From a virus (taxonomy: Duplodnaviria; Caudoviricetes): a stretch of 64,000 nucleotides of DNA. The stretch lies in IMG/VR virus record IMGVR_UViG_2825252539_000001, positions 32,001 through 96,000 of that record. One strand, 5' to 3'. The position numbers were made by a program, and so were the translations under genes. The notes under the pieces were generated by a model. It worked only from the letters and a program-made list of their open reading frames with translations, was not told where the DNA came from and searched no databases. How positions within the stretch are numbered: the first letter of the stretch is position 1; each line of letters starts with the position of its first letter. This document shows positions 31,543 through 44,371 of the stretch, piece after piece.

Positions 31543-32043
31543 ATGCAATCCGTCGACCCGACCCGGATCGATATCGCCACTGACCCGACCGCACAACGGA
31601 TGTCGGGAGTGGCCCGTCATGGCATGACGCCGTTCGACGTTCCATTCATCAGCGAGATCGCTGACAATCTTTGGCAGGGCGGCTGTGAGAACGGTCTGGT
31701 ACTGCCGACGTTCATCAAGCATGTCATCTCCCTGTACCCGTGGGAGAAGTACACGATCAACCACGACGCGACCTACGAAGAGCACGAGTGGTACGACTCT
31801 GACGATGAGTCGGCCGACAACCTCGATGAGATCGCGAATCGGGTCAACGAACATCGAGCTGACGCGCCGACGCTCGTCCACTGTCAGGCCGGATTAAACC
31901 GGTCCAGCTTGGTCGTAGCGCGAGCGCTGTTCCTCTACGGAGACTTTGAGACCGGCGCCGAGGTTCTGACCCACTTGAGGGCAACCAGGTCGCCGGCCGT
32001 GCTGTGTAATCAGGCATTCGCCGATCGCGTCCTGTCCTGGTGA
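31543..32043 (+). CDS. Dual-specificity/tyrosine protein phosphatase
   Basis: ISEIADNLWQGG and P-loop LVHCQAGLNRS (CX5R). Confidence 0.9.
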   Translation: MQSVDPTRIDIATDPTAQRMSGVARHGMTPFDVPFISEIADNLWQGGCENGLVLPTFIKHVISLYPWEKYTINHDATYEEHEWYDSDDESADNLDEIANRVNEHRADAPTLVHCQAGLNRSSLVVARALFLYGDFETGAEVLTHLRATRSPAVLCNQAFADRVLSW

Positions 32044-32149
32044 GTTTCGCCGAAAAGCTGCTCGCCGAGGCGAGGGCGCTTGACCCATTTCTTGCCCAGA
32101 TGGCCGCGTTCCACGCCATCTATCTGGGGCCGCGCTGGCGGGAGCTGTA

Positions 32150-32602
32150 ATGGGCAGACACGCTCTAACCGTCGTCCACCTCTACGCTGACGGCGAGTTC
32201 GTCGACAACCTCCGCATCCGCGGCTGGGACGACGGCCACTTCGTGCTGCCGCGCGACCATCAGCATGCAGACTTGATCCTGACCTGCTTTCGCCGGGATC
32301 TGCGGCTCATTGTCTTAGAGACATCCGAGATCGAATGGCATATAGACGAAGTCAACGTCGACATCAACCGTGATGTCTTGCGAATCACCGCCATCCCGCG
32401 GGTTCACAGACTCCGCCAGGGGATGCTTCCGGACGAGTGGTACTACCCGTTTGATCAGTACTCACAGCCGCAGTGCAAGAACTGCTCGCACAGCTGGCAC
32501 GCGGGGGAGTGTGGCGGACCGATCTTCGAGACGCTGTATTGGGACCGCTACGACGGCTACGGCATCACCGATCTGATAGGGACGTGCGACTGCGAGGGCT
32601 AA
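32150..32602 (+). CDS. Hypothetical protein near the end of the plus-strand block
   Basis: 150-aa ORF; the convergent strand switch is at about 32.7-32.8 kb. Confidence 0.5.
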   Translation: MGRHALTVVHLYADGEFVDNLRIRGWDDGHFVLPRDHQHADLILTCFRRDLRLIVLETSEIEWHIDEVNVDINRDVLRITAIPRVHRLRQGMLPDEWYYPFDQYSQPQCKNCSHSWHAGECGGPIFETLYWDRYDGYGITDLIGTCDCEG

Positions 32603-32795
32603 CCCGGCACACACTGCCCGGGATGGCTGGCGCCGAGATAGCACGACCCACGCGGGCAGCCCCACCCTTTCCAGAACTGCTCAACCGGGATGAGCCAACT
32701 CTCGTACTCGTAGCCGATCGCACGCACGAATAGGTAAGACTCATACCCCCTCAGGGGGCCGTCTTTCGGTATCCCGCGTCGAACGAACTGCCACA

Positions 32796-35700
32796 TCAGT
32801 ACCAGTCGCCTCCGGCGTTGTCATTCAGACGCTCGCGCGTCGGAATGTAGTACGTCTCGCGGTCTAGATCGCCGCCCCAGTCGTGGTAGGCGAACCCTTC
32901 GCACTCGATCATGATCCAAATGGTTTGATCGTTCGTGTTGAGTCCGTCCGGATCGTGCAGGATCTCGTAGTGGCAGCCGGCGCTGAGAAGCGCTAGGGCC
33001 TCACCGAGTTGACGTTGCGCTCTTGCCGAGTCGCGGTTGTACCAGTTCTTCTGTGGCACAACTCCATCCCGGCAGAGTTCGATCAAGGTCTCCCGCGAGA
33101 TCTCCTCAGATTTCACCTGCTTGGTCGGCATTAGTCTAGCTCCCGGGCATCGTATTCCATCTCGGTGCGCGACTCTTCCCAGCCCTTATCCTCGGTCATA
33201 TCCTTCGCGTACTCGATAGCCTGTTCGCGCGAATACGCCCGGATTTGAACCCGCTTGGTCTTTCGTTTGACCTTGCTAATGGTGACGTCGTACGTCCAAC
33301 CGCTCATGACACTCCTACTTCTTCCATCGCTCCATCGATCAGCGTTTCCACCAGTACCTGTCGGATGAGTTCGCGCGCCTGATCGATCCGCGGATCGTGA
33401 ATGTCGCGCTCGTGCAGGTCCATTAGGTAGCTATGCGCGGCCGACAGAAAGCATTGCTTCGTAGTGCGTTCTGACGCCATCACAGAGGCCTGCTCTTTAC
33501 CATGTTGAGTAGATCCCAAGCCAGATCGTCGGCGTCACCCTCGACCAATTGCGTTCGGTTGTAGATCAATTCGGACATCTTCTCGGCCAGATCTTCGTCC
33601 GTCATATAAAACTCCCAATGCTCACAGGGCTTTCGGTCCGGTCCGCCATCCCGCGAGGGGTAGCGCGACTCCTTCAACACCGGAGTGTCGGTCGACGTCA
33701 ATCCCCAGGTAATGTCCATTTGAGGCTCGCCGTGATACTCGCCGGACAAGTCTGTGCACGACGAGAGCGGTCGTAGTGCTTCCTCCCGCTCAAGCGTGAA
33801 GATCTCTTCACGCTGCCGGCAGGTGATCTTGCGCCAGCTCAACGCTTGCCCGCATAGCCGCGCAGGATCATCAGGCATATCCCGACCACCACGCTCAACG
33901 CGATGGTTAGGAGAAGCTGCCAACCGGTGATCGTCTGCTGGGTGAACAGGAAATCGCCCAACGTGCGGCAACAGGGCTGTTGAGACATTATTCCTCCACC
34001 ATGATGCTGGCCGGCTCATTCCGGATACGCTCGACGACGGCCATTTGCTCTGGGGTGAACTGGTTTTGGCCTTGCATGACTGCCCACCACACCGTCTGAT
34101 TGATGAGGCAGTCCCCGCATGTACGCGCGCTGATAACGCCGAACGCGCCCATCCTGGGCGGATAGTCCCACCCATCCTCGAACGCTTCTTCAGGCGTGAG
34201 GATTTCGTCCTTACCGCAGACTTCGCAGATGTGCCGAAGCTTCATTCGTCGACCGGCTCGATGCGCGACTCATGAGCGAGTCGTCCGGGCAGGATCGATT
34301 GATTGATTACCGCCCGGGACTGCAACGCGTCCTCGCGGTTGTCGAACCATACTTCATACACCAGCTTGAACATCACTCACTTCCCGTCGTTAGATCGTCG
34401 TCGACTTCGCCTTGCGCGAGTCCACCGAAGTTGATCAGGTCGAACAGCTCCCGTTCTTGGTCGAGCGTTGAGAACTGACCTTCGGCAACGGGGATCGGGC
34501 TATTGCGAAAGAACCGCTGCATCCGCAAATCCATCTCTGGAAAGTGGACCTCCTCGCGAGGATCTCCGACCCACTCGCCCGGGATGGGGAACGCGCCGGC
34601 AACGAACTGTTGGATTGCCGTGGTCCGTTGCTTCCCGTCGACTATCGCGTACATCCAGTTTCGATTCCGGCTGTAGCCAGGGTGACGGAACTTCGCGCTG
34701 AATCGGTCGTTGATGACGATCGCCGGAATCGGGATGCCCATCAAGATTGACTTGATAAGGTTTCTCTTGCGCTTGATGCCCCATACGACGCCGCGTTGGT
34801 ACGGCTGGTCCATATCTAGCCGAGGGTCGTCCGGGTCTCGATCAAGAAAGAAGTCGAGACCGCGAGCTGAAGTGTTCACCCGATACTGCCGGAGTATCCC
34901 GTCACCCATTAGTCGCTCAAATCCGCGTAGGTGGCCGGCGAGATACCCGCTTGGAATGCTCCTCGCGCGTCTGCTTCGATGGCCTGTAGGTACTTGTCAC
35001 TCATACCCGAGCGCTGCTGGACCTCTGCGCGCCATTCATCCCACGTCACAACAGCGCTCGAATCGGCTCGTTGGCCAGTTCACCGGAGACCCAGGTCGCC
35101 TTGGCTTCATCGTTGTGACAAGGTCCGTCGTGACCTCTGCCCTCCTCGATGTCTCTTTCGGTCACCGTCACGTCGCACTTCCAGACCGTTCCATCGAGAT
35201 TGATCAAGCCTTCACACGGCGTCTCCCGTCGCGCCTGTGCTCGCGCGAGAATCGCGGCAACCTCCTCGGTGTTCACCACCCACACTCCAATCGATGCCGG
35301 CGCATGATCCACAGCTCATCCCTGAACAGTCCGCCACACCTATCGCAGGACATTGCTTGATTGCCGGCCAGACCGAAGTTTTCGCCGACGAAACCCAAGG
35401 CACTCATCGCGATACCGTCGCGGTCGTAGAGGTACTCCTTGCTTTCTCCGGCGATAAACGGCATCTCGTATTCGCAGAAGCCCTCACCTGTCTGGGTGGT
35501 CTTCCGTTCGATGAGCCTCGCGGTGTCCTGCACCCATTCGGGTGTCCCGATTCTTGGTCTCATGACCGCTTCCTCGCGATGCGGTAGCCGAGCGAATCGG
35601 CCCATTGGCGGAGCAGTGCCACTTGGCCCTCTTCGGTGTGGTGCGAGCCCACGTAGAACCCCGTGTAGACCTTCGTCGAGAAGTTCCCGCCCACCGCGAT

Positions 35701-38700
35701 CAACTGTGTCGCATCGGCGTGGTCGGCCGCCTCGACACGTACCACGTTGCAGTGGTTGCCCACCCCGAAGTCGCCGCCCCTATTCAGGTGTCGCGCGATA
35801 CCCTGGACGAATTCGTCGGGGTATGTGCACAGCTGATCGAACCCGTCGTTGCAGATCATCAAGCTTGTGTTGAATCCCATGCCACTCCTTACGCGTGCGC
35901 TTGCGCCGCGGCTAGCACTCGACGCCACGACGTGAGGTCGATTCCATGAAATGTCTGGTCTATCGCGCCCCGTTCGGCCGCGGCCTCTTCACCGCGTTGC
36001 CAGCGTTGAAGTGCGTAGATGACGACCTCACGGGTGTATGGATCGTCAAACCCCATCGCTTCTAGTTCGGCTATGCCGGCGCGGATGTTGACCTTGTCGA
36101 CGTTGCAACCGGGAACCAGGGGATTACCGAACGCATCTCTCACTGGACGCCCCGGACCGAGAACTGCTCCCAATCGCGTTTGATCTGATCGACGGTTACC
36201 GGCCGGTCGTAGACCCTCGCGAACAAGTGTTGACGGTCAGCGTCAGCGCCCATGAGCGCGGCGTATCCCGTTGCCATGAGGTAGCTTTCGGCAAGAATCT
36301 CAGCAGCCATTTTTAGCGGAACTCCTCGATAAATCCATCGCCAGCACTGGCGCTGACCTTTGCCCACACCCACCAACCACATCCCGATGCCCAGCTAGAT
36401 GACTCGGACTTCGCGATCCACCATTGGCGACATTGTGGACACCGCCACGGTCGAGTGCTGAACCCCTTCGTAGCTTTGGGCCGATCCGGGCACGGGTTGT
36501 GTTCGCAACACTTCGCCGCCGTTGGGCCGTCGATCATGAGCGGTGGACACGGCCGCGGCGCCAGCATGCCAATGAGGCCCATTCGGTAAGCGCGCCGAGC
36601 AATCACCGGGATTAGCAGCAGGGTAACGACGATGGCATAGGCAGTCATCACGCCACAACCTTCCCTATGCACCACGCGATCCCCAGCGTCGGCAGACCGA
36701 TAGCGACGAGCACCGGCCAGATTGCGGCAATGCACATCGAAATCACGAACCACAGAATGAATTCCACTCCGGCGGATACGGCATCGCCGGCAGTCTGCAT
36801 CTCATCCCAAACGCCCGTGTAGTACCACGACGCGATGAAGGTTGCGATCACCCCGACGGCGTAAGTCACCAGGCACGGGATCACCCAGGCGTTCACCGGA
36901 ACCTCTTCCATCGAAACTTCCAGATCCACGCAATCGGTTCGCCCTCTTGATAGTCATCCCAGCTGTCCTCGACGCGACGCCAGAACCACTTGATCTCCCA
37001 ACGCCACCATCCGGGATCGAGCCAACGTGTGACTACAGGCCACGTCACAACATCACATTTAGTGCAATGGCCAAACCGCCAGGGGAATGCACCGGGATGC
37101 CCCGGGTAGCCGCTTTCGTCGAGTTTGTTGACTCGAATCGATCCGCTCTGGCAAAGTTCGACTTTCGCGCCTGTCGTCCCGCCGCCGGCCCAGCCTGGGC
37201 AGCGATGATGTTTGTCGTAGCAGCATCTACTGAGCCGCATTCTCGGCCTCCAACTCGCGCATCCGCTCACGCATCTTCTCAATCTCCGCGTTGTAGACCT
37301 CGTAGTCGCACTCGAAACACAGTTCGCCGGCTCCAGTACAGCGGTGACCGCCGCAGGCTTGTCCGACGTCGGGGAACCGCGCTGGGATGTGTTCCGGCAC
37401 TGTTCGGAGGATGTGCTCGACAAGGTCCCGTTTACCTTCCTGGTCAGACCAGATGAACTGATCGCCGCCCGTGTGCGGCCTGGCACTCGGGAAGTGGACG
37501 TAGATAGCGTTGTCGACGTCGCCACCCTCAAACCTCACGTGCAGGCAGGCCGTATCTTGGATGCCGTAGGTATGGCGGATCTCGCCCTTCTCGCTGTGAT
37601 CCCAAGCTTGCCAGCCGCATTCAATGGCTAGCTGCGAAAGCTCCCCCTGGACGGTCACAGTCGAATCCGTTCATAGTCCTTGAACGACTTCCACCCGGAC
37701 TCGCCGCGGTCGTCGGCATTGTGGCCACAGCACGGCGTCTTCCAGACGGAACAGTCTGCATACCGCTGCGTGACGTGAACGGTGCCGAGATCGTAGATGC
37801 CGCCGCAGAAGTTGCAGCGCACCGGAGTTGACATTCCCTCGGCCGTTCGGCGCGTGCCGGCGTCCATATACGGGATGCCGTCAATCGTGAAATACTCCAT
37901 CACTGAACGCCTAGCGCTCTTCGGATCGATTCCACGTGCCGGTTGATAGCGACCTGATCCCGGCGATACTGCGCGCCGATGCTGTACCCCGTCGCAAGGA
38001 AGCTCGCTCCGAATACCACCAGCATGGCGGTAAAGATCAGGTCCCACCCAGCCAGCCAAAGGTAGATGTCACCGACGATTCCGATCGTGAACATCGTCCA
38101 CAGCGCGGCCCTGGTCGATCTGGCCATCGCCAGGTTGAGCGGTTCAATCTCGGTCATGCCACAAACTCCTCAGATTCCACAAGCATGTAGTTGCACTTTG
38201 TCTCGTCGGGATGCTCGACGATGTATCTCAAGACCAGCAATCGCGCCCAATCCACCATCGGCGTAATGAGATTGGCCATCATCACCTTGCCGAGCATCTT
38301 GTTGATATCTTCTCCAGTGGGCGCTTCATAGACGTAGTCGGCGTACCCCATGGTGATTCCGCGGGAGACCTGTCGGCGTCGCTTCGGCACGCTGGCTTGC
38401 GCTCGTCGATAGAAGCTCGCGTAGGTCTCGTCATTCGCATACTTCCACCGCCGCGCGATCACTAGATCCGCCTCTAGCGCATCCTCGACCATGTTGGTGC
38501 GGAGGTTGAGCATCGCGCACCGCAATGCGGGATTTCCCGCCTCATTGGTGACCACGACGATCTCCCAGCCGTACCCGATAGGCGCCGTCGGAAGACTCGC
38601 GGCGAGTAGGGGAATGGGCGGACCGGGATGGTCGTACAACTCGTACACCGGAGCATCGGGCTCGGGTAGCGCGAGTTCTTTACCGGGCTCTGATTCAATC

Positions 38701-41092
38701 GCTTTCGGCCTCCGGTTCTCGATGGCCTTGACGCCGACACCCACTAGTGCGCGCAGGCCAGCCAGCATCAGAACGATGCCGGCGAGCATGACCGGAAGCA
38801 CTATCAGCGAGATCATCCGAGCGCCCTGGTCACCTTCGTGAAGGTCCCTCGCGCGTCGTCGATGTCGACTTCATGGTTCAGGCCGATTCCGCTGACCATG
38901 TCCTTGAACTTGGCCTGTAGCTTCTGGGCTTCCTCAGAGAGCGCGTCAGCCGCTTTCGCGTACTCGGGTTGAACCTCCGCGGCCTTGAGCAACAACTGAC
39001 CCAGCTCGACAGCTTGATCAGGCGTGAGCTTGCCGGCTTCTCCACTGAGGTGGATGCCCGCGGTATCGATCAGCACCTTAAAGGCCTTTTCGGGCTGCGA
39101 TCGCGATCCCCAGTCATCGCCGGGTGCATACGCTCGTGTGACGACCTTGCCGACCTCAATCATGCTGCCACCTCTTTCATCTGGGGGAGTCCGATGGTCT
39201 GCGGCCACTTGTGCTTGCACTCGCGGCATATCCGGATCACGTCCGGCCGTAACTCAAGTAGCTTTCGTGCGGCGGTCACATTCGCCGGCTCCACCGCGAC
39301 GATCTCCTCGCGTTCGTAGCACGGTGCACATCCACATTTTTCGCGGTGCCACTGCGCCTCACGGCGTGCGCGCATGACACGACGCTTTTCGGCGAGATCA
39401 TCTATACGACTTCGCTTGTCTGCCTCATCCTTGCGTCGCTGCTCGTATCGTTCAATCGTGAGTACAGCCGCTTCGAAGTCGGGCGCGGCGATCCAATGTA
39501 ACGCTTCGACGGCACATTTCGGGCATGCGACGTACGGCATGAAGAACGATGCGTCCCTGAATACCGACAGCGGCGCCGGCTGTGCTTGACTCTCGGATCG
39601 CCCCTCATCCTCGTCCCACGCACGAAATACAGCGCGTGCAGCGAGTACGGGAACAAGGAACAGCACACTAAAGAGGATTGCCGGCCAGGCAGATTCGATG
39701 ATCACAGGAACTTCTTCGCCAGTGCGAAGCATGCCCACGTAACCAACGCCGCTCCGATCCATGCGCTGATTGGATGTCCGCCGATGAGCGTGTGAGTCTC
39801 CGGGTCATACGTGGCGAGGATTGTTACCGTCATGCGGTCTTTCCTAACTCGTAGAGCCCCGGGACGCCGGCCTTGATGCCGTACTGTTCACAGAGCTTGA
39901 TCGCTTCTAGTGTTGCAACGCGTTGCGCCTCGATCTCATCCATCCGGCGAGCGTGTTCGGCCCGTTTGCGCTTCTCGCGTCGTTCGGCGCGATTTTCCTT
40001 CTGGGCGAACCAGTTGGTCGTCACCACACCGCTAACAACGGGTACGGTGAGCGGCCAGAGTAGGCCGGCACCAACTCCGGCTGCATCGTGCTCAGTGCTG
40101 CAGCTGTACCCCTTTGAGCATTTGGGACACGCTTTCATGCGAGCGCGATAGAACGCCATCCCGACGACACCGCCGCAAAATGCATAGGTCATCACAAGCC
40201 CGATAATCGTGAGCGCGAGTGTCATGTAGCCAATTCCTGTGTTCGCATGAGTTCGTAGATCAGCTCGCGGTGCTCACTGAAGAATGACCATAGGCTGCCC
40301 TCATCGTCGGACAACTCCCAATGGTCATATCCGGTGCGATACCGCGGGTCGGACTCGGCTCGTTTGACGTCGTCGATGAGCCGGCGTAGGCGCTCAGATT
40401 CTGTTTCACGCTTACGCACCATCACCAACCGCCGTATGACACAAGTAGATCCGCGATGACCTGGCGACGCCTGCCGTCGATCAGGGATGCCAGTCCACCT
40501 GGCCCGGTCGAATCGTTACGCCGCTTCGCGAGCAGCTTGGCCCCGGTGCTCGGGTTGTAGAACGAGTACATCGCAAGCAGGAATGCCGCTTCACCCGTCG
40601 ACATTGTCCCGATGTTCTCGGTGATCAAGTCGTAGTCGGGCCGCAGATGCCACTTGGAAGTTGCGGTTTCGACGTCGCCTTCGAACCATTGTGGTCCGGC
40701 GATTTGCACTCCACGTTTCCACGCGTCGAAAAACTCGGACTCGCTCATCGTTGCGCCACCAACTCACGCATGGTGCGTCGAATCCCTTCCGCCTCGCCGT
40801 ATCGGCGTGCCGCACTCATGGCATGCCCCCGGACGGCAAGGTCATCGGCGCTGGCGTCGATGTCTTCTGCCAACGCTTCAAACCAGTCGTCCATCGATTG
40901 CTTTGTGGCAACCGACACCACGCGCGCCGACCGCTGAGGCCATAGCAGATGTCCGTCGATTCGGTCCGCGACGGTTTCGGCCATCATCTCGTGAGCCTCT
41001 TCGTCAGACATCGCGTTCACCGAGAAGCGGACCACGACCTCATAGTCTTGGTAGGAGCTGCGAAACTGCTCGGCTATTTCCTCGTTGGTCAC
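32796..41092 (-). other. Minus-strand array of small hypothetical ORFs (e.g. 32796-33131, 33988-34245, 37227-37658, 38154-38816, 39830-40225, 40422-40748, 40745-41092), several membrane-anchored
   Basis: Chained stop/start overlaps on the minus strand. Confidence 0.6.
34373..34909 (-). CDS. Stand-alone DUF262 (ParB/Srx-like, GmrS-type) domain protein
   Basis: QPYQRGVVW, LIKSILMGIPIPAI, IVDGKQRTTAI, LFDLINFGG. Confidence 0.85.
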   Translation of the reverse strand: MGDGILRQYRVNTSARGLDFFLDRDPDDPRLDMDQPYQRGVVWGIKRKRNLIKSILMGIPIPAIVINDRFSAKFRHPGYSRNRNWMYAIVDGKQRTTAIQQFVAGAFPIPGEWVGDPREEVHFPEMDLRMQRFFRNSPIPVAEGQFSTLDQERELFDLINFGGLAQGEVDDDLTTGSE

Positions 41093-41928
41093 GCCGACAC
41101 TCGCTGGCGCCGCGGCTTGGACGCCGCCATCTTCCGCGGCCGGCGCTTCGGAGCCTCCTTGGACTTGACCGATGCCTCCAGCTTGGCGAGAAGGTCGGAA
41201 ACCTCCGTTTCATCCCCATCCGTCGGTTCGACCAGCTTGGCCATGACCAGCTCGCGCAACTCCTCCTTGTAGGTGTCGCGGTACTTGTCGAAATTCACTG
41301 TCTCGTTGGAGATCTCACTCACCAACTGGGCGGCGATTCGGATCTCCGCGTCGGTCAATCCGTCCCGCTTGCGATCCATCGCCGCGGAATCGAGATCCGG
41401 CAGAGCGGGAGTGCGCACCTCATCCGGCCACAGCAGCGTATGTAGCACCAGCACGTCACCCTTGCCAGTGACGCTCATAGCCGCGATGCGGTTCTTGCTC
41501 CGCAGGGTGAATTGCACGATCGCGACCTTGCCCGAGTCACCGAGCGTCTTGGCCAGCAGCGCATACGCTTTCAGCGCTCCGCCGCCATCGGGACCGATGT
41601 AGTAGGACTTGTCCACCATCGTCGGATCGATCTGGTCGGCCGGCACGAACTCGGCGACCTCGATGACTCGCTTGTTCTCGCTCGCGAGCGACGACAGATC
41701 ATCGTCAGTCAGGATGGCCTGCTGGCCGTCGATCTCGTACTGCTTGGCGATGTCCGCGTTCGGCACGACTTCGCCGCAGCCTTCACACACCCGCTTGTAT
41801 TTGATCCGTCCGCCGTCGTGGGCGTGAACCTGGTGGCATTCCAGGTCGTGATCCTCGGACGCTGCGTACAGCTTGATCGGGACGACCACCAGGCCAAAGC
41901 TGATGGACCCGTTGTAGATTGACCTCAT
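41089..41928 (-). CDS. ku: Ku-like DNA end-binding protein
   Basis: MRSIYNGSISFGLVVVPIKLYAASE, DGGRIKYKRVC, FVPADQIDP..DKSYYIGP, LLWPDEVR, YRDTY, DLLAKLEASV and a basic tail. Confidence 0.96.
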   Translation of the reverse strand: MRSIYNGSISFGLVVVPIKLYAASEDHDLECHQVHAHDGGRIKYKRVCEGCGEVVPNADIAKQYEIDGQQAILTDDDLSSLASENKRVIEVAEFVPADQIDPTMVDKSYYIGPDGGGALKAYALLAKTLGDSGKVAIVQFTLRSKNRIAAMSVTGKGDVLVLHTLLWPDEVRTPALPDLDSAAMDRKRDGLTDAEIRIAAQLVSEISNETVNFDKYRDTYKEELRELVMAKLVEPTDGDETEVSDLLAKLEASVKSKEAPKRRPRKMAASKPRRQRVSA

Positions 41929-44097
41929 ATCGCTCCTATCGCGTAGCCGGCCGATACGAGGCCGGAGTAGTAGTCCAAGAATTCGGCGGGCATTTTGGAT
42001 TCGTCGATCCACTGGAATCCGTCGTCTTCGGTCATGAGTGCACCCGCTTTGCGGATCGCTGCGTTCGCCGATTCCAGCTCTCGCCGGAACGCCTCTTGAT
42101 GGGCGGTCATCGCGTCATCTCCTCGATGTATCCGTTAATGACGTGTCCCGCTTTAGCTTCCAGGATCTTCTGCCGCTCGCGCGTCTCGTCTAGCGATAGA
42201 AGCACCTCGGCCGCATTCTTGTAGAGGACTTGAAACCGTCGCATCTCGGCGTACGTGCATGAGATACACCCGCCGACGAAATGGTTGTCCTCGTGTTCCT
42301 CGCAGTCTTTCCAGGTGTCAGACGCCGGCAGTAAGGATCTCACCGCGTGGCCAGTTCGTCGCGAACCTGAATAGGCAGATGCGTGCATCGCCGGCTAGCC
42401 GCGACGCTGTAGCTCGGGCACTGGCAGTTCAGGCAGACGCGCGCCGAAGCGGCGCCGCACCTGAAGTTGTGCCACGAATGGCCGTTGGGGTCCATCAGGA
42501 CACCGACCGCAGCACGGTAGCGCTCGGCGGTTCCGCCGCAATCGCAGCTTCGAGGTTGTCAATCTCAAGCTGGCACCGGTCAACGATGGCGTCGAGCATC
42601 TCTTTGCGCTCCGCCACCTGCTGCCTCCGCAGCTCCTGCATGAACTTCAGGTGCTGGAGGTGTTTGATACGCTGATCATCACTCACAATTGGACCTCCCC
42701 AGGTTTTGTTTGTGGGTAGCGGTCCCGGCCTGTTGGCGCAGGTTTCGGGACCGCGTCTAGTTCTGGCTCAGGTCTCCCGGATTCCCAAGAGCGCCATCGC
42801 GTCGCGGACTTCTCGCTTGACGCGTGCTGCGTCGACTGGCTCGTCTCTCAGAGCCTCCAGAGCGCGGTTGAGAGATTCTCCCGCGGCGGCGCGCTCGCCC
42901 TTGTAGTCGCGATATCCCATCAGGCCTCCGCCTCGAAATGCTTCTGGCATGCCGCTTTGGCGTCGTTGACCGTGCGGTATCGCTGCTCACTCCATCGGAT
43001 GTCAGCACTGAATCGATCCGCGCCGGCATCGCCTACCATCAGGCTCGCCTGCGGTCGCTGCACATTGGCGGACCACCCGCCCATCCCGTGCTCGTCGTTC
43101 TCGACGACATAGCCGGCGACGTGCGGATGATCGACCTTGGCCTCATAGACGCCGGTCTCCACCCTGCGGAATTCGAGTGTGGTCATCCTGCCGCAACCCC
43201 ATGCTTTCCTGTGAGGCTGACGATGTGCCAGCCCTTGCGGTAACCGAGCGTGTAGTCATTCGCCGCCTGAGAGAAGCCGTCAGCTGAGGCCCTCGGTCCG
43301 CCCATGTATTCGGGCGGGACAGACACCCCCGAGGGCTCTGGCGCCCCGTAGAGCGCGGACAGCTTGCCGGCGTTGTAACCGCTCATCCATGCGCCGCTCA
43401 CGCCGCACTCCGGATGATGTCCTGGCCAGCCCGCTGCAAGTTGGAGACGTGCACTCGCGCCTCAACCCAACCCATTTCATCGCGAAGCCGGTTGAACGTC
43501 ATATCGAACAGCGTCCACGGGTCAGTGCTCCAGAACGGGTGACTCTCGTCGTCCCACGCCTCGTCTGGCGGGTCGATCTCGACGGGTCGCGTGATGGGGA
43601 ACTGCTCGTCCACTTGCCGTTGCAGCTCCCAGTAGATCTGTCGGTAGCCGGCGTGATTGGGGTCCTCGCGGTAGAGCTTCTCGAACTGCTTCGCCGCGGT
43701 CACGGCATGCCGCGGATTCGCGGCAACGAGCTTGCGGACCGTGTCCAATGCCGTCACGTCAGACCGCCTTTCGCGCAACGGGCGTGAGGGGAGTGACCCG
43801 CTCCCAGTGCGTCGGGACGAAACCCGACCCGCTGGGATCAAGCTGAATGCCCGTCAACCGCTCACCCGAGTAGCGATGCTGGTAGACGGTCGCATCGTTG
43901 GTGGTGTGCACGAGACTGGCGCCGGTCTGCCACATCTTGGCCCGCCACAGCTTGCCGGCGTCGATCATGTGCCGGTTGAACGTCTCGACCCGATCGCGCT
44001 CCATCGCAACGCGGTCGGCGATGCGCTTCGGCCCGGTGCGGTACCCGTCGAGCTGGATGATTTCGGTCATTTTCGCTTCCCCTTCCGTCGTTGTCAT
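41925..44097 (-). other. Small hypothetical ORFs downstream of promoter copy 1
   Basis: Chained minus-strand ORFs (e.g. 42920-43186, 43183-43401, 43759-44097). Confidence 0.55.
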
Positions 44098-44140
44098 GGT
44101 TAGAAGTTTACCCGATTGCCGTACCCTATGCAAGGGGTAC
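44098..44140 (-). promoter_or_regulatory. SigA-type leaderless promoter with palindromic operator, copy 1
   Basis: Minus strand: GTACCCC-TTGCAT-AGGGTAC; -35 TTGCAT, 17 bp, -10 TAAACT, 7 nt, ATG (44097). Confidence 0.85.
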
Positions 44141-44371
44141 AAGCGGAAATTCTAGAGTTTGTCCGTTGATTTCGACCGTCAGCGTTGCAGTGCCGCCGGC
44201 CGCGGCGATGAACTTCGCGACGGTGGACAACAGCCAGTCGTTGCGCAGTTCCATCTGTGTGACCTTCTTGCGGTGGGCATGGCCGAATTCGTCAGCGATC
44301 TCCTGAATGGATCGATCCGACGCATGGCGAATGGCCCGCAGGTCGATGAGCTGCTCTGATGATTCCGTCAT
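44126..44371 (-). CDS. XRE-family HTH protein (HigA-antitoxin-like)
   Basis: LRAIRHASDRSIQEIADEFG...VTQMELRNDWLLSTVAKFIAAAGGTATLTVEING. Confidence 0.75.
   Translation of the reverse strand: MTESSEQLIDLRAIRHASDRSIQEIADEFGHAHRKKVTQMELRNDWLLSTVAKFIAAAGGTATLTVEINGQTLEFPLVPLA

Noticed and set aside
32733-32796. Bidirectional terminator at the strand switch
   Set aside because: Only a short CCCCC-TCA-GGGGG stem without a convincing U-tract; too weak to call.
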